This document shows positions 23,823-36,661 of a DNA stretch of 64,000 bases, in pieces. Within the stretch, counting starts at the first letter, position 1. Each line of letters starts with the position of its first letter. The stretch spans positions 7,803,802 to 7,867,801 of the forward strand of contig NW_026943825.1 of assembly GCF_035594765.1 (NCBI RefSeq), read 5' to 3'. The notes below the pieces were generated by a model. That model was not told the origin of the DNA. It saw only the letters and a list, made by a program, of their open reading frames with translations, and ran no database searches. Made by a program: the position numbers and the translations under genes. Origin of the DNA: Anolis carolinensis (Eukaryota).

Positions 23823-23898
23823 TTATCTGTCCGGGAAAAATCGGAAGCCTTACCGTCAACGGAAGATGTTTGCCGGCGGGTTGTGATCCCTAAAGAAG
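23823..23898 (+). CDS. BSCL2: Seipin coding exon 7 (LSVREKSEALPSTEDVCRRVVIPKE)
   Basis: 76 nt, phase 0-1, canonical sites; resembles human VNIRKRD..EVQRRI. Confidence 0.8.
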
Positions 23899-23997
23899 GT
23901 AACGTGGATTATTATATTGCTATGTAATGTATGTGTTGTTTTTATGATTGGGAACCGCCCTGAGTCCCATCTGAAAGATGGGGCGGTATATAAATAA

Positions 23998-24048
<51 letters not shown>

Positions 24049-24049
24049 T

Positions 24050-25142
24050 ATTATGACACAGCAAACAAGATAGATATGCTGGATTTCATATCACAATATC
24101 ACAAGTCGAACACTTCCCAAGCGTTTAGCACTGTGTGATGTATTTTCGGATGATTCGCGCAGATCCCAGTCGGGTGGCCTTTTGCAGTTGGCAGATCGTA
24201 ATTTTGTCAATGTCTATTGTTTCCAAATGCCGGCTGAGATCTTTTGGCACGGCACCCTGTGTGCCCATCACCACCGGGACCACCTGTACTGGTTTCTGCC
24301 AGAGTCTTTGAAGTTCAATCTTGAGGTCCTGATAGCGGCTGAGTTTTTACTGTTGTTTTTCGTCAATGCGACTGTCACCTGGGATGGCGACATCCATGAT
24401 CCAAACCTTTTTCTTTTCCACAACTGTGATGTCTGGTGTGTTGTGTTCCAGAACTTTGTCAGTCTGGATTCGGAAGTCCCACAGCATCTTTGCGTGCTCA
24501 TTTTCCAATACTTTTGCAGGTTTGTGATCCCACCAGTTCTTTGCTGCTGGGAGGCATAAGTTCCAATGGATCATTTGGGCCACATAGTTGTGCCTCTGTT
24601 TGTAGTCTGTCTGTGTGATTTTCTTACAGCAGCTGAGGATATGATCCATGGTTTCGTCAGTTTCCTTGCACAGTCTGCATTTTGGGTCATCAGCTGATTT
24701 TTCGATCTTGGCCTGAATGGCCTTTGTCCTGATGTCTTGCTCCTGGGCTGCAAGGATCAGGCCTTCTGTCTCCTTCTTCAGGGTCCCATTCGTGAGCCAG
24801 AGCCAGGTCTTCTCCTTGTCAGCTTTTCCTTCAATTTTGTCAAGGAACTTTCCATGCAGTGTTTTGTTGTGCCAGCTGTCAGCTCTAGTTTGTAGTGTGG
24901 CTTTCTTGTACTGGTTTTTTGTCTGCTGTGCTTTGAGGAGTTTCTGATTTGTGACTTCAATCAAAGCAGGTTCTTCACTTTGCTTTACATATTCAGCCAG
25001 GGCATGTTCTTCTTTGACTGCTTGTTTGACTTGTAAGAGTCCTCTGCCCCCTGATCTTCTAGGCAGATATAGCTGGTCAACATCACTGCGAGGGTGCAGG
25101 GAATGATGAATGGTCATGAGTTTTCTTGTTTTTTTGTCCAAA
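24050..25142 (-). mobile_element. R4/Dong 5'-truncated copy
   Basis: ORF 24347-25141 nearly identical to 6902-8290; (TTA)n at its 3' end. Confidence 0.9.
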
Positions 25143-25261
25143 TTAATATTATTATTGGGAATGGGGAGGGGGGAGGAGCTTTCCTCTTCTTTTGGGTTTG
25201 GGCAAGTGGTCCTTTTGCAATGAAAATGGGAATTTCAACACCTCATTTCCCTCTCCCATAG

Positions 25262-25342
25262 GCTTTCAGGAAGAGCAGACAATTACGTCACTACAGACCG
25301 AAGATTTAGGGGCGTCTGATGGAGAAGCGATGTTGAAACCAG
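25262..25342 (+). CDS. BSCL2: Seipin coding exon 8 (GFQEEQTITSLQTEDLGASDGEAMLKP)
   Basis: 81 nt, phase 1-1, CCCATAG acceptor; resembles human GQEEST..TEDG. Confidence 0.75.
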
Positions 25343-25660
25343 GTCTGTTTTGCAGATTTCTTTGCACCATTTATTTTTTACTCGCCTGGGTATCCAATGT
25401 TGTACTATGTTTTAATTGTACAAAATGGTTGTGGGTGAACTACAACTCCTATCATGCCAGGTTAACCGCCTGAAACTCCACCAGTACTTAAAGTTCGCTA
25501 TGTTGGGCAAGTTTGTTATAGCACAATATAAGCACTATATATGCATTATATGTTATTATATTGTACTATATGTCTATATTACAATATTATTAGTAATATT
25601 ACATGAAATATAAATGTAAAATTATAATAGTGTATAATAGAATATAATAATAGTGTACAA

Positions 25661-26112
25661 CTAGCTGTGCCCGGCCACACTTTGCTGTGGCAAAGTAGTG
25701 ATGGTAATGGTTAAAAATTGTTGTGTAATTTTTATTTGACGTTATTTGCAATTTTTTATTAATTTTATTGTAAGTTATATTTTTATTTATTATATTTTAT
25801 TATTTTCTTGTATTATTTTTAGTTATTTTCTGTTATTATAGTATTTTATTGTATTATTTTTTAGTGTTTTTTATTATTTTTATTGGGTTGCTAGGAGACC
25901 AAGTTGGAGGAGCTTAGCCTTCTAACTGGCAGCAATTGGATAAAAGCGATTATTCCTCTCTCTCTAATTAGGACTTTATTTTTCTTTTCTTTTTGTTGTA
26001 TCAACCTAGAGGCGTGGATGATAGGTTGTGTTGTCAAATTTCGAGGTTGGAGGGCCTGTAGTCTTGTTGTTTTGTGGGTCGCCGTGATGCCATCACTCTT
26101 TTATATATATAG
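25661..26112 (-). mobile_element. Non-autonomous Helitron variant
   Basis: CTAG and TC termini as in other copies, AT-rich interior. Confidence 0.75.
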
Positions 26113-26380
26113 ATAATATAATAATATAATAGTGTATAATAATATAATATATTATAATAGAGAGAAAAGGAAGCTGAAGCAGCTTTGTGAGATTGTAAAC
26201 AGCACAGTCGGACAGCATCAGTGAGATTGTAAACAACACAAATATAGCATCCCTACTTTGCGGATTTTTACTTTTTGTTGGTAGTCTTGGAACGTAACCC
26301 TCGCGATAAGTGAGGGAACACTGTAGATGTATAGCATTTATTTCATTCTCGGTTCCATTTTTGCTCCCAACTCTGCCCAG

Positions 26381-26452
26381 AAGCCCCAAAGAGCGACCTT
26401 CCGAAGCCTCGTTCTGGGACAGAGTCCGACCTCGACAAGGCGGAGAACGAAG
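26381..26452 (+). CDS. BSCL2: Seipin coding exon 9 (EAPKSDLPKPRSGTESDLDKAENE)
   Basis: 72 nt, phase 1-1, CCCAG acceptor, GTGAGC donor. Confidence 0.75.
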
Positions 26453-26702
26453 GTGAGCAGCGTTCTCAGTCGAGCACTTTTGTTGAGTTTAGGCCCGGGC
26501 TGTGGCGCAGGCTGGTGAGCAGCCAGCTGCAGCCGGCTGCAACAAATTACTTTGACCAAGAGGTCATGAGTTCGAGGCCAGCTCTGAGCCTGTGTTTGTC
26601 TCTGTCTTTGTTTTGTGTTAAGGCATTGAATGTTTGCCTTATATGTGTAATGTGATCCGCCCTGAGTCCCCTTCGGGTGAGAAGGGCGGAATATAAATAC
26701 TG

Positions 26703-26737
<35 letters not shown>

Positions 26738-27096
26738 ATCAGTCTTTGAGTCCAGCGCAGACCATACTCTCTTGTCCTAATCTATATACAGTTGAGTCTC
26801 GCTTATCCAACGTTCTGGATTATCCAACGCATTTTTGTAGTTGATGTTTTCAATAAATCATGATATTTTGGTGCTAAATTCGTAAATACAGTAATTACTA
26901 CATAGCATTATTTTGTATTGAACTACTTTTTCTGTCAAATTTGTTGTATAACATGATGTTTTGGTGCTTAATTTGTAAAATTATAACCTATTTTGATGTT
27001 TAATAGGCTTTTCCTTAATCTCTCCTTATTATCCAACATATTCGCTTATCCAACGTTCTGCCGGCCCGTTTATGTTGGATACGTGAGACTCTACTG

Positions 27097-27950
27097 TATT
27101 ACATTTATTCTTTTTCTCTATTATTATCGGTATTATTACATTTATTACTTTTCTCTATTATTATCGATATTATTACATTTATTACTTTTCTCTATTATTA
27201 TTGATATCATTACATTTATTATTTTTCTCTATTATTATTGGTATCATTACACTTATTATTTTTCTCTATTATTATCGGTATGATTACATTTATTATTTTT
27301 CTATATGATTATTGGTATCATTACATTTATTCTTTTTCTCTGTGATTATTGGTATGATTACATTTATTCTGTTTCTCTATGATTATTGGTATGATTACAT
27401 TTATTATTTTTCTCTATTATTATTGGTATTATTACATTTATTATTTTTCTCTATTATTGTTGCTACTATCACATTTATTATTTTCTCTATTATTATTGGT
27501 ATCATTACACTTATTATTTTTCTCTATTATTATCGGTATTATTACATTTATTATTTTTCTCTATGATTATTGGTATCATTACATTTATTCTTTTTCTCTG
27601 TGATTATTGGTATGATTACATTTATTCTGTTTCTCTATGATTATTGGTATGATTACATTTATTATTTTTCTCTATTATTATTGGTATTATTACATTTATT
27701 ATTTTTCTCTATTATTGTTGCTACTATCACATTTATTATTTTCTCTATTATTATTGGTATGATTACATTTATTCTTTTTCTCTATTATTGGTATTATTAC
27801 ATTTATTCTTTTTCTCTATTAGTGTTGCTACTATTACATTTATTACTTTTCTCTATTATTATTGCTATTATTACATTTATTATTTTTTCTCTATTCTTAT
27901 TGCTACTATTACATTTATTATTTTTCTCTATTATTGTTGCTACTATTACA
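27097..27950. repeat. AT-rich ~35-39 bp minisatellite
   Basis: (TATTACATTTATTATTTTTCTCTATTATTATTGG)-like units; the I/L/F/Y-rich ORFs here are artefacts. Confidence 0.85.
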
Positions 27951-27980
27951 TACGGTATTTATCTTACTGTCTCCATACAG

Positions 27981-28141
27981 ATCCCGAGTTTGAGTTTGAG
28001 GACGGCTCTTCCCTGCTCTCCGAAGCCAACTTCCCGGTCCCTTCACTGCAAGGGGATCCCTCCAGCCTGCTGCCTCCGGGTGCCCGGACCCTCACGTCAG
28101 ACTTGGAGATCCGGCAGAGAAACATCTGCTCAAGTTCCTGA
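27981..28141 (+). CDS. BSCL2: Seipin last coding exon (DPEFEFEDGSSLLSEANFP...EIRQRNICSSS*)
   Basis: Matches the human C-terminus EDAALLTEANLP...LRQRPTCSSS; the spliced CDS totals 1203 nt (400 aa). Confidence 0.93.
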
Positions 28142-28303
28142 GTCAGTGGGATTGCTCTTGTGCTCGGCCCCTTCTCAGCACTCCTGATAGTATATATGCA
28201 CACCAGAAGCCTTGCTCCACCACGGGAAGCCATTGCTCCCGGCTTATATTCCCGTTCCGGGTCCAATCCTTCTCTCCTTTGCCCACAAACCTGGTCACTT
28301 TAA

Positions 28304-28309
28304 AATAAA
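28304..28309 (+). terminator. BSCL2: Polyadenylation signal of BSCL2
   Basis: AATAAA about 160 nt after the stop codon. Confidence 0.7.
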
Positions 28310-28714
28310 GTTTACTTGCAATGATCTGCCAGTATATTCTGGAAACTGTTGGAGTGGGACTTAAGGCAGTTTATAGTTATGAGTACGATAGTGCAAAGAT
28401 GTCAGACAGGGGGGAATCTTTTAAAAATCCCACCTCTGACACCAGTTGCGGAGATGTGGATGTGTTTCTATTAATTAATTATATTTATATTATTATTATA
28501 TATTTTATATCCACTGCCACCAGTTATTAAAGATGTTTTGTTTAAAAGCTGCCACCAGAGGTAAAGATGTTTATAATGCGGCCACCAGATGTTAAGGGCA
28601 TTATCAACTCTTGCTATCACTATTGGAAGATTTAGCCACTAGCTACTTAGAGAGGAGACTTTTTAAATTTTATTTGTCTTCTTTCTCCTTGTTTGCTTTA
28701 GATGGTAATATAGA

Positions 28715-29331
28715 TGACAGAAGCTTAGATGGTAGAAAGAACAATAACACATTTATTCAGGCACAAGCTTAATGGTTACAGTAACTTCTCTTTAGAGGCA
28801 CTTAGATTAATCATTGCAAAGCTATATTGAGGTGTTTCAAATTCCTTAAAATATCACTTCCTTCTCTACTGCTTTAACCTGCAGTCACCCTGTGAATTTC
28901 AATCACAGACTATCTGTTCCTTATCTGGAAACAGACTACCTTAAAATAAGCCACCAAACTTATTTTAAATTGACTCAAATAAGCACTTGAGTCTCCCTGA
29001 TTCTCCAACTGAGGGCCAGTCTTCACTGTACCTCATCAGGGCACAGACTACCTTAAAATAAGTCACCAAACTTATTTTAAATTGACTCAAAAATAAGCAT
29101 TTGAGTCTCCCTGATCTCTTCCACTGAGGGTCAGTCTTCACTGTACCTCATCAGGGCACAGACTAACTGCTCTTTTTCAAACCTGCACTTCTCCACACAA
29201 AAACGGCAGTTGGCTCCGCCCACTTCTCCATGGCAACCAACTCATGAGTGCAGAATAATTGAAATATTGACCCTTTTAAAACACAGTTAAACATGGCATC
29301 TGTAAACTAAAAAACCCCCCACTTCATTTCA
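28715..29331. mobile_element. Possible solo-LTR-like element with an internal ~110 bp direct repeat
   Basis: TG...CA ends, minus-strand AATAAA, duplicated ACAGACTACCTTAAAATAAG block; TSD not clean. Confidence 0.3.
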
Positions 29332-29374
29332 GATAGATACTGAGTTTTTTTATCAGAAGCAACTTGTTACCGTC

Positions 29375-30139
29375 CTACTGGGAGGCTTCTCTCATGTCCC
29401 CACATAGGAAGCTAGAGCTGACAGACAGGAGCTCACCTGTCTTCAGGTATGAGAGAATTTGCCCAGGGGATGCCCGGATGTATTTGCTGGGAGGCTTCTC
29501 TCATGTCCCCACATAGGAAGCTAGAGCTGACAGACAGGAGCTCACCTGTCTTCAGGTATGAGAGAATTTGCCCAGGGGATGCCCGGATGTATTTGCTGGG
29601 AGGCTTCTCTCATGTCTCCGCATAGGAAGCTAGAGATGACAGACAGGAGCTCACCTGTCTTCAGGTATTATTTATTTATTTAATTATTTATTTATTTAAT
29701 TATTTAATTACCACATTTATATCCCACCCTTCTCACCCTGTAGGGGACTCAGAGCGGCTTACAAATTAAATTTACATACAATATTATATTATTAGCATAG
29801 CACAATACTGGCAATAAAATTACCATATTGTACTATATCTCTATATTGTAATATTATTAAAAATATTACATGTAACATATAATATATAATTAATATTATT
29901 ATATTGTATCATTAGTATTATATTGTATTACAAAATAATATTATTAATTTAATATGCATATACAATATATTATAATATTATAATATTATATATTATATAT
30001 ATTATATATATTATATATAATATTATAATATTATATATTATTGTAAATTATATTGTATAATAATAACATTATTATATGTATATAATGTATGCATATAATA
30101 ATAATGTATATATATTAATATATGCGTGTGTGTGTATAA

Positions 30140-30187
<48 letters not shown>

Positions 30188-30640
30188 TTAAAATTAACAA
30201 AGCATGTTACTGGTGCTTTGAGAGAATTTTGAGGTATGAGAGAATTGGCCATCTACAGAGACGTTGCCCAGGGGATGCCTGGCTGTATTAGCTGGCTTCT
30301 CTCATGTCTCTGTAAGCATTATTTATTTATTTGGTGTCAAAAGCATTGCATAATAAATAAGTTTAAAAGTGATGAAAGAAAGGAATCACAAGCAACTAGA
30401 GCTGACAGAGGGGAGCTCACCTGACTTGAGGACATACTGCAAGTCGCTTCTAGTATGTGAGAGAGAATTGGCCGTCTATAGAGATGTTGCCCAGATGTGC
30501 AACCGTCCTGCTGGGAGGCTTCTCTCATGTCCCTGTGTGGGAAGCTAGAGCTGACAGACGGGAGCTCACCTGACTTGGGAACATACTGCAAGTCGCTTCT
30601 GGTGTGAGAGAATTGGCCGTCTATAGAGACGTTGCCTGGA
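29375..30640 (-). mobile_element. Repeated SINE/Vingi-related 5' fragments
   Basis: Recurrent GGGAGGCTTCTCTCATGTCCCC..AGCTAGAGCTGACAGACAGGAGCTCACC units, interrupted by an L2-like tail and AT-rich DNA. Confidence 0.5.
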
Positions 30641-31256
30641 TGTGTGAAAGGAAGAACTCTAGTCTGTTAGAGGCAAGTGATTAGCATTGAATGCCCTTGC
30701 AGCTTCAAAGCCTGGCTGCTTCCGGGAGAGAAGGAGAGATAAAAGGGATTCACAGATACTGGATGTGCTGTCAAAGGCTGGCATAACCCCACTTGCCTAG
30801 TTTCCAACAGACCTCACAACCTCTGAGGATGCCTGCCACAGATGTGGGCAGGAGAGAATGCTTCAGACAGCCCGGAAAACTCACAGCAACCCAGTGAAGA
30901 AGAGCGACGGGAGGCCAGTAACGTATGAACCTGCTGAGTCAGAAAACAGTGACCATGACTCCGCACAAGAGGGTTGAATCAAAAAATATGTAATATATTT
31001 TTGTTGGAATTTATGCCTCACTTCCTGCCTTTAGAAATTACTTAACTTTCCCAGACTTTTGAGTCAACCCTCCGGGACCCACCCTTGGTATTTTGGCAAC
31101 TTTAATTGAAGAAACCTGGTTTTAATTATGTCTTTCAAAAAAAAAAAAGAGTACATTCTTTTTAACACACTGAATCCTTTAAAATGAGAGACAGATATTT
31201 TTGTAAGAAGTTGGCTCAACTGGGAATAAAATAAATTTGGAATCTGGGGCAATATA

Positions 31257-33302
31257 TCTATATATATAAAAGAGTGATGGCATCACGGCAATTCACAAAA
31301 TCATATAATCCAGTTCTGAGCAGATAATATAAGATTAGAAATATACAGTAGAGTCTCACTTATCCAACGTAAACAGGCCGGCAGGATAAGTGAATATGTT
31401 GGATAATAAGAAGGGATTCAGGAAAAGCCAATTAAACATCAAATTAGGTAATCGTTATACAAATTAAGCACCAAAACATCATATTATACAACAAACTAGC
31501 TGTGCCCGGCCATGCGTTGCTGTGGCGAAGTCTGGTGGTCTGGGAAATAAAGTATTGAGGAATTGGTGGTAGTTAAGGTCAAGGGTCAAGGTTTTCCCCT
31601 GACGTTAAGTCCAGTCGTGTCTGACTCTGGAGGTTGCTGCTCATCTCCATTTCTAAGCCGAAGAGCCGGCGTTGTCCGTAGACTCCTCCAAGGTCATGTG
31701 GGATGACTACATGGAGCGGCGTTACCTTCCCACCGGAGCAGTACCTATTGATGCACTCACATTTACATGTTTTTGAACTTCTGGGTTGGTAGAAGCTGGG
31801 GCTAACAGTGGGGGCTCTGTCAGTTCCCCCAATTCAAGAAAAAGTAGTTCCATGCGCAGTAATGCTATGTAGTATTTACAGTAGAGTCTCACTTATCCAA
31901 CACTCGCTTATCCAACGTTCTGGATTATCCAACGCATTTTTGTAGTCAATGCTTTCAATATATCGTGATATTTTGGTGCTAAATTCATAAATACAGTAAT
32001 TACTATATAGCATTACTGTGTACTGAACTACTTTTTCTGACAAATTTGTTGTCTAACATGATGTTTTGGTGCTTAATTTGTAAAATCATAACTTAATTTG
32101 ATGTTTAATAGGGTTATCCTTAATTCCTCATTATCCAACATATTCGCTTATCCAACGTTCTGCCAGCCCGTTTATGTTGGATAAGTGAGACTCTACTGTA
32201 CTGTATTTACAAATTTACCACTAAAATATCACAATGAATTTAAAACACTGACTACAAAAACATTGATTATGAAAAAGCAGACTGCGTTGGATAATCCAGA
32301 ACATTGTATAAGCGAATGTTGGATAAGTGAGATTCTTCTTTAATATAAAATAATTACTGGGATAGAATAATGCAGAACAATATAATCTCTAAAACCAGGA
32401 CAGTAAATAAACAGGAGAATTCCACACAGGAAACAATCAGGGCCAGCTAACACCTCCCAACAAAGTATTCCCATCATCAAAGTCTGGCAAATCCTGTTTT
32501 CTCAGGGCCACAGACAGTAGAAGCACATAAAATATCGCAAACAACACCACTCTGAAAACAAGGGAATTCCAAACAGGAAAGAATCAGGGCCAGCTAACAC
32601 CTCCCAACAAAGTATTCCCATCATCAAAGTCTGGAAAATCCTCTGTTTTCTCAGGGCCACAGACAGTAGAAGCACATAAAATATCGCAAACAACACCACT
32701 CTGAAAACAAGGGAATTCCAGACAGGAAACAATCAAGGCCAGCTAACACCTCCCAACAAAAAATTCACTCAGGGAGGAAACAGCCAGGCTTTAAAGCTGC
32801 AAGGCCATTACATCCTAATCATTTTTCCTAATTGCAGCATTCATACTTGCCTCCAACAAACAAAAAAACCCAATCAGAAATATTGTATATTCACAACCTT
32901 TAGGAAATAATATCCCCTGATGGCGCAGCGTGTTAAAGCGCTGAGCTGCTGAACTTCTGGACCGAAAGGCCACAGGTTTGAATTGGGGGAGCGGAGAGAG
33001 TCCCCACTGTTAGCCCCAGCTTCTGCCAACCCAGAAGTTCGAAAACATGCAAATGTGAGTGCATCAATAGGTACTGCTCCGGCGGGAAGGTAACGCCGCT
33101 CCATGTAGTCATCCCACATGACCTTGGAGGAGTCTACGGACAACGCCGGCTCTTCGGCTTAGAAATGGAGATGAGCAGCAACCTCCAGAGTCAGACACGA
33201 CTGGACTTAATGTCTGGGGAAAACCTTTACCCTTGACCTTAACTACCACCAATTCCTCAATACTTTATTTCCCAGACCACCATTCTTCGCCACAGCAACG
33301 CG
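31257..33302 (+). mobile_element. Composite Helitron containing MITE, Penelope and Sauria SINE pieces
   Basis: TCTATATATATAAAAGAGTGATGG start; GCCACAGCAACGCG 3' motif running into the gap; SINE at 32914-33241; inverted Helitron end plus SINE at 31496-31835. Confidence 0.65.
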
Positions 33303-33457
33303 NNNNNNNNNNNNNNNNNNNNNNNNNNNNNNNNNNNNNNNNNNNNNNNNNNNNNNNNNNNNNNNNNNNNNNNNNNNNNNNNNNNNNNNNNNNNNNNNNN
33401 NNNNNNNNNNNNNNNNNNNNNNNNNNNNNNNNNNNNNNNNNNNNNNNNNNNNNNNNN
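33303..33457. other. Assembly gap (155 N)
   Basis: Run of N. Confidence 1.
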
Positions 33458-33927
33458 CAGGCAACGCCGGATACCCACACTAGTGTATATGTGTGTGAGT
33501 ATATATATATATATATATACATACACACACATATACAGTAGAGTCTCGCTTATCCAACATAAACGGGTCGGCAGAACGTTGGATAAGCAAATATGTTGGA
33601 TAATAAGGAGAGATTAAAGAGAAGCCTATTAAACATCAAATTAGGTTATGGTTTTACAAGTTAAACACCAAAACATCATGTTATACAACCAATTTGACAG
33701 AAAAAGTAGTTCAATGCGCAGTAATGCTACGTAGTAATTACTGTATTTACAAATTTAGCACCCAAATATCACAATGTATTGAAAACATTGAGTACAAAAA
33801 TGCGTTGGATAATCCAGAATGTTGGATAAGCGAATGTTGAATAAGTGAGATTCTACTGTACACATATATGTATGTGTGTGTTTGTATGTATATGTGTATA
33901 TGTATATACACACATATATACATATAG

Positions 33928-35127
33928 AACTGTGAGGTTAGCTGGAGCTGGGGCTAACAGCGGGAGCTCACCCTGCTCCCCGGATTCGAACCGCCAACCT
34001 TTCGGTCTGCCAAGTTCTGCTACTTGCAGTACCTATTGATCTACTCACATGTGCATGTTTCGAAATGCGAGGTTGGCAGGAACTGGGGCTAACGGCAGGA
34101 GCTCACCCTGCTCCCCGGATTTGAACCTCTGACCTTTCAGTCTGCCAAGTTCAGCTACTTGCAGTACCTATTGATCTACTCACATTTGCATGTTTTCGAA
34201 CTGCGAGGTTGGCCAGAGCTGGGGCTAACGGCGGGAGCTCACTCCGCTCCCCGGATCCGGACCACCAAACTTTCAGTCTGCCAAGTTCAGCTACTTGCAG
34301 TACCTAATGATCTACTCACATTTCGAACTGCAAGTTTGGCAGGAGCTGGGGCTAACGGCGGGAGCTCACCCAGCTCTCCGGATTCGAACCACTGACCTTT
34401 CGGTCTGCCAAGTTCAGCTACTTGCAGTACCTATTGATCTACTCACATTTGCATGTTTTCAAACTGCAAGGTTGGCAGGAGCTGGGGCTAACAGCGGGAG
34501 CTCACTCCACTCCCCGGATCCGGACCACCAAAATTTCAGTCTTCCAAGTTGAGCTATTTGCAGTACCTATTGATCTACTCACATTTGTATGTTTCCGAAC
34601 TGCGAGGTTGGCAGGAGCTGGGGCTAACGGCAGGAGCTCACCCCGCTCCCCGGATCTGGACCACCAAACCTTCAGTCTTCCAAGTTGAGCTACTTGCAAT
34701 ACCTATTGATCTACTCACATTTGCATGTTTTCGAACTGCGAGGTTGGCAGGAGCTGAGGCTAACAGCGGGAGCTCACCCCGCTCCCTGGATTTGAACCAC
34801 CGACCTTTCGGTCTGCCAAGTTCAGCTACTTGCAGTACCTATTGATCTTCTCACATTTGCATGTTTTCGAACCACCTACCTTTCGGTCTTGCAAGTTGAG
34901 CTACTTGCAGTACCTATTGATCAACTCACATTTGCATGTTTTCGAACCACCTACCTTTCGGTCTTCCAAGACGACCTACTTGCAGTACCTATTGATCTAC
35001 TCACATTTGCATGTTTTCGAACTGCGAGGTTGGCAGGAGCTGGGGCTAACGGCGGGAGCTCACCCTGCTCCCCGGATTCGAACCTGGCAACCTTTTGGCA
35101 AGTTCAGCAGCTCAGCGGTTTACAACC
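33928..35127 (-). repeat. Tandem array of Sauria SINE 5' halves (~130 bp units)
   Basis: Repeated GTACCTATTGATCTACTCAC...GGAGCTGGGGCTAAC...GGATTCGAACC. Confidence 0.85.
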
Positions 35128-35199
35128 ATTGAAATAGAATTCAACATCAAAACAGATGAGAATGAGCATTAAAAACATCTTTAGTGAAAACGTGTCTGA

Positions 35200-35789
35200 G
35201 TACAAACAAATCTGAGTCAAAGTTGAGCAAGTTGCAGGAAACTGAGTAATCCGTTAATCCTGGACTCTCTTTCTCCTGCTTCTTGGATTTGTCTTGTTCT
35301 CGAAACTCATACAGAGACGCCTGGAATGTGAGCGCTGAGAGGCCGTCTCCAAAACAAGCTTTTTCTCGGCAAATACTTGGAAAGGGAGGGTCTGTCCCGA
35401 ATAGTTTCCACTTCCTTGGCTGGAGTTGTGAATGGGACTGGGGGAGGCCGGGTTTGTAGATGGGTGAGGTCATGCTTTGAGTAGGAAAAACTATAAAAGT
35501 TCCTTCCGCAGCAACAGAAGGGCTCACAAGTGCGGGAAGGATCTGCTTCAGCCTTTCCATGGATGGTGTCTGTCCACCACCGCCCTCGGAAAAACAAATA
35601 GTTGAGTCAAAACAAGACTCGATGACCAAGCCGATGAAGGCATCTCTGGATCTCGCTGGCTTTTGGTGCTTCTAGTCTGGACCGAGAAGACGACACCGCC
35701 TCACAACACACTCAACACAACTTCAGCCTTGTCGCCTTTCTATTCTGGAGACCTCCTTTGACGTGGTGACATCTCCATCTGTCCATCAG
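35200..35789 (+). promoter_or_regulatory. LRRN4CL: Candidate LRRN4CL promoter and non-coding exon 1
   Basis: Unique island with AP-1 TGAGTCA at 35213 and 35603, TEAD-like GGAATG near 35323, TATAAAAG 35492-35499, and strong donor CAG|GTGAGT at 35789 that could pair with the acceptor at 39221. Confidence 0.55.
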
Positions 35790-36151
35790 GTGAGTGAAAA
35801 AAGTGTGTCTACCCAGGGCTGTCCAAAGGTAATTTTCAAGTGTAGCCGAACAGAATTTTGGCACCCCCTCCCCAAACCAATCACTGAAGAATAAAAGCGA
35901 AAATGTTGGATAATAAGGAGGGATTAAGGAAAGAACAACACCCAAACCAATCACTGAAAAATAAAAGCGAAAATGTTGGATAATAATGCGGGATTAAGGA
36001 AAAGCCTAAATAAAGAGCTACACTCTGAAAACAGGGGAAATGTTTATGTTGAATTTTTTTATATATATTGTGGAATGATGTTTTAAATTGTAAGTCGCTC
36101 AGAGCACTCTGGTGGAGAGCGACTAATTAAGAAATAAAGTGAAGTGAAGAA

Positions 36152-36485
36152 ATCCAGACAGGAAACAATCAGGGCCAGCTAACACCTCCCAACCAAGGAT
36201 GCCCCCAGGGAGGAAGCAGCCAGGCTTTGAATCTGCAAGGCCATTAAATGCTAATCAAGCTGACCGATGGCAACATTCATGCTAGACTCTTTTTCTCCCA
36301 CCCTGGACTTTCCACAGATATATAAACCCCACTTACCTAGCTTCCAACACAACTCAGAACTTCTGAGGATGCCTGCCATAGATGTGGGTGAAACGTCAGG
36401 AGAGAGTGCTTCTGGAGTATGGCCATACAGCCCAGAAAACATACAACAACCCTGTGATCCCGGCCATGAAAGCCTTCGACAACAC
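36152..36485 (+). mobile_element. Penelope-like element pLTR
   Basis: GGAAACAATCAGGGCCAGCTAACACCTCCC...GGCCATGAAAGCCTTCGACAACAC; same family as 9379-9513 and 30780-30900. Confidence 0.75.
36360..36400 (+). ncRNA. Minimal hammerhead ribozyme motif (Penelope type)
   Basis: CUU-CUGAGGA-U-GCCUGC-(CAUAGAU)-GUGGGU-GAAAC-GUC-AGG; predicted cleavage after C36397. Confidence 0.6.
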
Positions 36486-36614
36486 AATAATAATAATTAT
36501 TATAATTATTTGCCGATACATCACACAGTCCTAGACACTTGGGAAGTGTCCGACATGTGATCCAATACAACAGCCAGCAGAGTGACTGCTGTGGATGCAT
36601 CTTGTTGTGTTTCA

Positions 36615-36657
<43 letters not shown>

Positions 36658-36661
<4 letters not shown>

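Noticed and set aside
27312-27980. Hydrophobic multi-TM-looking ORFs (also poly-I/L/Y/N ORFs throughout)
   Set aside because: Translations of AT-rich mini- and microsatellites.
35147-35629. 160 aa minus-strand ORF in unique DNA
   Set aside because: Non-ATG start and no recognisable domain; better explained as the LRRN4CL promoter and first exon.
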